This document shows, piece by piece, positions 57,001 through 64,000 of a stretch of 64,000 nt of DNA. The stretch lies in assembly GCA_030141605.1 (NCBI GenBank), contig JAQGDQ010000052.1, positions 372,001-436,000 on the forward strand, given 5' to 3'. A program made the translations under genes and the position numbers. The DNA is from Tubiluchus corallicola (Eukaryota; Animalia; Priapulida). A model generated the notes under the pieces. That model did not search any database. It saw nothing but the letters and a program-made list of their open reading frames with translations, and was not told where the DNA came from. The number at the start of each line of letters is the position of its first letter. Within the stretch, counting starts at the first letter, position 1.

Positions 57001-58490
57001 TTGGAAATTTTAACCACAAAATCGCGAAGCCAAACATGTAACCTAAGCATAATGTTTTAGGTTATGATGTCTCCACAGGTGTGGACCGTAGGCGTGCAAT
57101 TTAAAGCTGCAGAAGCAGCATAGTGTCGTCTGTCGTCAACCACCAAGCCATAATTGCTTTTTTGTCTGCTTCCCTTGCCTCAGGCTTCACGCTCTTACGA
57201 ACACAAATTTTACGCAACTAAACGTTCAACCTGTAAGCTAACATAGTTCTGCGGAGAACGAAATTTTGCCTATTAACAACATGAAGACACCAACCCCGTT
57301 TTGGCAGGCAGAGAGTTAAGATCTTGCTGCACTGCAGTTTACACGACACGGGAGAGAAAGAGTAAAAATCGTAGTTAAAAGCGTGCTGAGTTACCAAACT
57401 ACATACCAGTATCAATAATCTTAAGACAGTGTGCGACACGCAATTGTTTCGCTTGATCTTAAAAATAAACCTTTTAATAAGGCAAATCATATATGAGTTA
57501 GGCCGAAGTCAGAAAAGGTTCGCGTAATTTCTAATTTATTGTAATTCTTGAAATGAATGTCTATTTGAATTGCGCTTCAGGCAGAATAAAAACTGTCGTC
57601 GATATACGTCACAATAAAAACAATATAGACGTTAATGCCTGTGTCTTGTAATAGTCAGGCATTATCGGTATATCACACACTTTTTTAAATAAGTCTCTCA
57701 CAGAATCCTAAATAACTCATTTTAAGTGACGCTGAACTTAGTAAGTTAATGGATAATTATGTGCTCACTATGAAATTTGCTTCTGTGTAAAATGGCGTCT
57801 GCTTAATTCCATACGTCTTCTGGCTATTATTTTCGTTCTGTTAAAATATGTACATTTGAACTTAGTTGACACATCTGCTGGTTCAGTACCTTATGCTAGA
57901 AGACTATTATTGATAATTAGATACTGCTATCAACCGGTACCGCCTCAATCGTAATCGTCAGCAAATAAATGAGCCCTACTATGAAGTGCTGAACGTCGGC
58001 GTGCAGTATGCCGAATTGTTCAAAAAATCTTTATTAAGAAAAAATAGAAATAGTAGTAAAATGCTACGTAGCTAACGTGACATGAAACAAATTATTCCAA
58101 ACAAGTTCTTATCCAGTCTATACGAGCCAAACCACATTTGCAACACGACGTACCTGCTAAAAAGCTATAAATTTTAGCGACAACGTTAGAACGTGATGTC
58201 TATGTTGATACAAGTGCACAATTTTACTACCGGAAGTAGCACGAGGCAAATATCAATCAATACTAGAGACTTTGAAAGCCGGTAGCTGATGTTTAGATTC
58301 ACGCCCGCGAAAAAATAATTGTTAAAGCAACAATATCTTTCGGAGTTATATAGTGTTATAAGATTTTGTAAACAGGGCTAGGAAAACTATACGGATGGTC
58401 TTATTGAGTTACTGATAGGTAACTATGATAAACAAATTAAGAAATTATTTAATAAAGAAAATTAATTAGTAGAAAAATGAACGAGAGGGA

Positions 58491-58492
<2 letters not shown>

Positions 58493-58550
<58 letters not shown>
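58493..58550. repeat. (GA)n microsatellite
   Basis: Directly visible. Confidence 0.95.
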
Positions 58551-58553
<3 letters not shown>

Positions 58554-60109
58554 AGATTTTTAATTCAATTCTTTATTTCGAACTTAAAGGAATAACCAAC
58601 CCTCGAACAACATTTATTGCATTTTAATGTACAATTCAAAATATTGAAATCACAATACAAAATATGCGCGTAGAATGCTTTATTTCAAATGTAAAAGAAA
58701 TTTACATATTTCTTATCTCCCGCCAAAAGAACGCTGATGCCGGCATATTTAAAAAAATAATGATTAACATTAATTGTGTAAATAATTAATTTACAGATTT
58801 TTGTTGACTTTTAGATATGCATGCAAACTTGCCAGTACGTAGTAGGTGCCGGGCTGGTTACTTAGTTTATAGGGTTCGCTCTATAAGTTAAAAAACAAAA
58901 TTGAAGCGCCTGGCGGGATAAATGTTTAGTGCTCGGAAACCGGATGACGCCATTTTTCGTCTGAAATGAGCGCGCCCAAGCACAAAGTAATCACGACTTT
59001 AAATTGATTTTACTAATTACAAGAGATGCTTAATACAATTTTATTGCTGAAAGTTTCTAACACTTTTCCCAACTATTAAAATAAGCTCAACTTCGCAGAG
59101 ACTTGGCCTTTGCTTTAAGTTCATGGAATAATTTACATATTTACAACATACAACATTATAAAAGCCAAAACCAATGCAAACAAATCACAGAAAACTTACG
59201 TAAATACAAAAAATACAGTAATAAACTCCACCATTGGCCTCTTATGTGTGATGTAAATTTAGCGTCGCTTGTTAAAATTTTCTAGCACTGGAATCAAACG
59301 TTTTCATTAAACTTAACACACATTTTCTATATAGTACATCGATATGCATCACACGAATTTCAACGCTCATTGCCCGAGGGCTACAATCGCATGCATACCC
59401 AAAAAATAATCTCTTTGCAACATTGTGCGCTATTTTGAGCTTTAAGATATTATAATTATTAAAATGCCTCCAGGTAGCCACGCAGTAGAAATTATTATAA
59501 TAAGCACTAATAGATATCTTTTAACAGAACAGTAGCTGAATTTTCTAATAAGTAGGTTTGCACGACAGTAATACAGGGATCTTTAATTAACAATGTCTAG
59601 GTCACCTCGGTAATCGTTTGAAATAATATGTCCTACGTGTTTTTCGTTCTCACAAGAACTATATTATCTAACTTGATGTTACCAAAGGTAAAATTTTTCA
59701 TAGGTTTTTAGTTAATGGACATAAGGCTTAGTTTTAGCTACATTGACTTTTATGTCATACTTTTCAGCATACTGTAAATATACATCTAGTAGTTTCTGTA
59801 GGGCCGTAATCGTTGTCGCTATCAAACAAACGTTGTCAGTATACAACAGGTAGTTCCTGTTAGAGATATTGCAAGTTGGGTGGACGAAAGCTTAATACTT
59901 AGATCTATAAAATAAAAATTATAAAGAAAAGGTGACATCTTGCAACCTTGCTTCCAATATTGAAAGCTGTGAACTGACTACATCCCGACCTGGCATGCCT
60001 TGTTGAGTGTCATAGAATTGAGTAAGCGTATTACAATATTCGAGTTGGCGTGTTTGCGAGTTTAAGAAAACGTTTGAACAAATTAACCCTACTAAATGCC
60101 TTTGACACA

Positions 60110-61080
60110 TCGATGAACACAATATGAACAGAGTTATCACGTTATCAATGACCTCCTTTAATGTGTTTATACAAGTTTTGGTATATGTGCAAGTCTGGGA
60201 GTTGATACAATATGCTGTTTGTATCTATTAAGTAGTAAAATTTGCAAGATTTTGCTAGCAATAGAAGTTAGTGCAATTGGCCTGTGGTTGTTGGCATCCG
60301 TAATATCTTTATTTTAGTCTTTCACTAGAGGAATTAATGCAGACATCATGAGTGACTCAGAAAAAAACCGTGAATTAAACACAAGCTAAATAACAAAGAT
60401 AAAAGAACTTTGAGAAATAATACCCAAAATGTTCGGCCTGTATACCACCAGGGCCTGGAAATTTATGTAAAGTTAGTGTGCCGATTGCGTCTTGCATTTC
60501 TCTAACAGTAAACTTGGGAACGATATGCGTATCCTCGGCAAGGGCCTTGTTCAGTTCCTCCGTCAGATTCCCATTTCCATGGTACAATGTACTGAGAGTG
60601 TTAATTATTACGTCATAAAAACTGCTTATTTCGTGTCTGAGTGATTCACTGCTACAGTTAACATCAGAACACAATACTGTAGAGTATGGTACTAATACAT
60701 TAAGTAAAGCCGCATGGGTCAGAGAATAATAATTACTCAGTTGAACATTGGTTGCATTACTCCAATCGGGGGTATGTTTTGCAACATGATTTTGGTTCGA
60801 AGCGTTTAGGCCTAATGCACCATTAGTACTTACAGGGCTGCCTGGCGAGCCAGGAATCATGCTGTCTACATCAAAAACTTCAATTAATGGCATGTGTTCA
60901 CGTGCAGTCAGGTCATAATTGATATTAATCACATTAACAAACTTGTTTGCTGCTTCGGTGCTTATGTGTTGTGAGCTGCACTTACGTGAGTAAAGGTTGT
61001 TGAGGGTGGTTGGTTAACATCCGAAAAAAATTATCAGCTAATTCACGAAAAAATTCTTTATTGGATGAGGTCAATTGGAA
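60110..61080 (-). mobile_element. Decayed LINE ORF2 fragment (end of APE endonuclease, deleted linker, start of RT)
   Basis: Minus-strand motifs in order: TFTHVSAAHNT (~61000), EHMPL (SDH-like, ~60900), FTVREMQDAIGTLTLHKFPGPGGIQAEHF (~60510-60425), LIPLVK (~60335) and NNHRPIALTSIASKIL (~60290). Confidence 0.85.
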
Positions 61081-61093
61081 TAGTTACCAAACC

Positions 61094-61155
61094 ACTATTA
61101 TCATCACCATTACCTTCACCATCACCATCGTCATCATCATCACCATCACCATCAC

Positions 61156-61227
<72 letters not shown>

Positions 61228-61268
61228 TATAACTATTATTATCATTATCATCGTCGTTGTCGTTGACA
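61094..61268. repeat. (CAT/CAC)n microsatellite
   Basis: Directly visible. Confidence 0.95.
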
Positions 61269-61850
61269 TCAACATTTTAAATTCCAATAAAGTTCCAGCA
61301 GAATCCAACAGAAGTCTACAAGAGATGCAAAATAAATTCATGGTTCCTTGAGTGAGCACAAGCAGACTACTGGGTTGCTAAAATATTACATGTACAATTA
61401 CTGATGTACTGTATATATATATTTTACAACTAAAAATTTTCATTAAAAGACATGTAAATTCTATTCTCCTACTTAACAGGCCCCAAACACACGCTGACTA
61501 GGAGCATGGTAGATCTTGTAACTACGCCAAACACACTTTCACATTAGAAATCTTCACCTCTTCAGTGACTGTTGTGACAGGACTCGATTGCCAGGAGTGT
61601 ATATAATAAACCAGTGGCAGGTTGACCTCACCAGCGCAAAATGAGCTCTGAGTCAGGGTTCTAACATATACTCAGATCAGAACACTGATACTCAGGGCAT
61701 CAGTCCGAACTGATTTCTGTCCTCAAAGGTTGCTGACCAAAGGTTTCGAAAGGTTTTGATATTGCTGTCGTTTAACATCTACAAACAACGCCACATCTTA
61801 GAATAAATTGCAAAGTCTATATTTCCATAGATGTTACTAAAACTACGTTA

Positions 61851-62065
61851 TCTATACTCTTATATTAATATTCTTGGTATATATATATAACTATAACATA
61901 TATATATATATATATATATGTTTATATAACGCTTTGCGTTAGTTAAACAAACAGTAGGCATGATGTTACGGGCTTTGTGTTATAAATGAGGACTAGGTAG
62001 GATGTTCGCGTATTATTGATTACACGTGGTTTTTTACGCAAAATCTTTTGCGGGGCCTTTGCTAG
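61851..62065 (+). mobile_element. Non-autonomous Helitron, short internally deleted copy
   Basis: 5' A|TCTATACTCTTATATTAATATTCTTGG; 3' hairpin cgcaaaa-tc-ttttgcg about 10 nt before CTAG (62062-62065). Confidence 0.8.
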
Positions 62066-62664
62066 TCCCTTATATTAATATTCTTGGTATCTTAATATAT
62101 ATATATATATAAGATTCGAGGCTACAGCCCGGACGAGGGCACCATTTGCGGCGATCTATATATCAAACGAAAGGTCTCCATCTAGTGTCGTGCCATTGAT
62201 GGTTTATTTTTCGAATCGGGCCCACCGGGAGGAACGGGGGGCAAAAAACCTCCCAAAATGGCCGTTTTTCGGCCGTTTTTTGCAAAAAATTGCAAAAGTT
62301 ATACGGCTGAGATGTAGAGAACGGGAACGGGCCGAGGGGGGTGCTGGGTATGGATATATAGCCCGTTCAGCGGTGGGTGTAGTAGGCATATTTAGAATTA
62401 ATTAGCTGTTCTATTTTCGGCGATTTTCGCTTAGAAAACTGTTGTGACGAATTCCATTGTGCTGACGACATCCATTATTGCTTATAGCTTTAATTCAGCA
62501 AAAAGCTGCTTTGCGTTAGTTAAACATACAGTAGGTACGAGTACAGGTTTTGCGTTAGGTAAGTAGGCAGGATGTTACGGGCTTTGCGTTATAAATGAGG
62601 ACTGTGTAGGATGTTCGCGTGTTATTGCTTATTTACGCAAAATCTTTTGCGGGGCCTTTGCTAG
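62066..62664 (+). mobile_element. Non-autonomous Helitron, longer copy directly abutting the first
   Basis: Starts TCCCTTATATTAATATTCTTGG immediately after the first CTAG. It shares the 3' ~150 bp and the same hairpin, and ends CTAG|T at 62661-62665. Confidence 0.8.
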
Positions 62665-63479
62665 TCCCATTACTAATCTCGCATGAACCGCACTATTGCT
62701 ATTATTTTTGGTCCGCGCATTCTTGATTCCAAGATTTCTCTTGTAGGTACCTTTTCTTGAACAGACCTCTAAAATAATGTAACGCTTTAAAGACTTGAGG
62801 AGTACATTAGGCAATGTAGCATCACACATCACTGACATCAATGGTTCGGACATCTCGTAACACTGTACCGTAGTGCTTCCGCCCATGTCTGTACTGCATA
62901 ATTTCAGTTATTGCAGTTGTTTAAGCAATTCTGAGTTGTAGACAAGTGAAAACAAACATATAAAGAGAGTGGTGCTGTTCAGAGCTAATGTAAAGCATTT
63001 AATTTCTAAGACTGTGCACAGCGAAATGCCATTTATTATAAAGACAAGTTTTTATATAAAAAAGCGTAACTTACATTTTTGAAAGTTCCTTCAGGCAGGT
63101 GTTTTCCTCTAGTGACGTAACATCTAGTTTCCACTAGTTTTGTTGCTGAAGCAAAAAATATATTAAAAGCTATCTGATTTGATAAATATTTCGTTAAAGT
63201 AACTAATTATAGTACAGAATTTCGCTAATCAAAACTTGTATATATAAGGCAACTGCTATCTAAATAAGATCTCCAATTTACTGCTTTCATGGATCCTTCG
63301 CCCAAAACTCTCTCTACGTAGTAAGAATTTTAAAGCAGTTGCTGTTTTTATTTCAAAATTAACCTAGTTCAATGGAAAGCATTATTAAGTCCAAAACTGT
63401 ATAAATGTAAGAATATTGAAAGATGAAGGTTAAGTTTCAAAATTCAAAGCAGTTTCTCCTTGAGTTTCAACCGTCTCAC

Positions 63480-63532
63480 ATTTATAAAACAGCTGTTTCA
63501 AAGGGCGTCGCTTCATCAGTCTTTGCATAAAT
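63480..63532 (-). ncRNA. Degenerate minimal type I hammerhead ribozyme-like motif
   Basis: Minus strand atttatgcaaaga-CTGATGA-agcgacgcccttt-GAAA-cagctg-TT-ttataaat: core boxes intact, palindromic stem III (ACAGCTGT), weak stem II, partial stem I. Confidence 0.35.
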
Positions 63533-63579
63533 TGTAGGCTACGTAAAGTAATTTTATAGTAGAAGCCTATCTCAAAAAA

Positions 63580-63834
63580 GTTATTTATTTAAAGTGGGCT
63601 TTGGGTTAACAATTAACGTTAGCTCAAAGAGCTATTATCGCCGACTGTAAATAACAACTTACAACTACATAACAGAGACTATTATTACCACACTTTTACC
63701 CTAAATACCACGCGTCAGGCAGGGCAACAGCAGGTACCATTTTTAAAGTGTTTGGTATGACCCGGCCACTGGTTCGAACTCACGACCTCCCAAACGGAAA
63801 GCAGACGCATTACCACTACACTAAACCGTCTGGT
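63580..63834 (-). mobile_element. tRNA-derived SINE, MetaSINE-like
   Basis: Minus strand: A box tagtgtagtgg and B box gttcgaacc, then ggtcataccaaacactttaaaaatggtacctgctgttgccctgcctg (resembles the Meta central domain) and an AT-rich tail. A second copy lies at 9340-9598. Confidence 0.85.
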
Positions 63835-64000
63835 AACACAAGCAAATATTTTTTTTTAAATTAAACGGCGTTTTTACATTACCAGATTGGCTGCTGCTTA
63901 TGATGTCCATGTCAAAGCCCTGCTCCAGTCCTCCTCTCGCGATCTTGTTTTACATTAAGGTTTTCCTGATTTAGTTAAATTATAGACGTTGCAATAGTCG

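Noticed and set aside
58713-58921. Inverted E2F-like motifs (tcccgcca / tggcggga)
   Set aside because: Only ~11 bp of complementarity; cannot distinguish MITE, enhancer or chance.
61700-61770. Second hammerhead/Penelope end (ctgaccaaaggtttcgaaagg)
   Set aside because: Lacks the CUGANGA core and paired stems.
63750-63834. tRNA gene
   Set aside because: A/B boxes are present, but there is no proper acceptor stem and the sequence continues into a SINE body with a second copy in the window.

Overview
AT-rich, repeat-dense animal genomic DNA. An invertebrate is likely, judging from MetaSINE-type SINEs, Helitron/Helentron-like elements and RTE-group LINEs. I found no intact host protein-coding gene, rRNA or tRNA gene, and no CRISPR array; the window reads as intergenic DNA or a very large intron. 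Decayed non-LTR retrotransposons include one large RT pseudogene at ~1.5-4.15 kb and fragments at ~22.4-23.2, 36.5-36.85, 41.3-42.35 and 60.1-61.1 kb. There are two tRNA-derived MetaSINE-like copies, several MITE/HINE-like elements, a hAT-like element with an 8-bp TSD, and a head-to-tail Helitron dimer. A bipartite RTE-derived element is duplicated inside a very long (CTA)n tract. Tandem repeats include a near-identical 1807-bp array with templated-looking junction scars, a 53-bp minisatellite with higher-order structure, and many microsatellites, which explain all the long low-complexity ORFs. I cannot support a genuinely new biological system. The best leads are the RTE-derived element, the 1807-bp array, the Helitron dimer, a degenerate hammerhead motif and a few candidate cis-regulatory clusters. 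Family assignments come from recalled motifs, not database searches.
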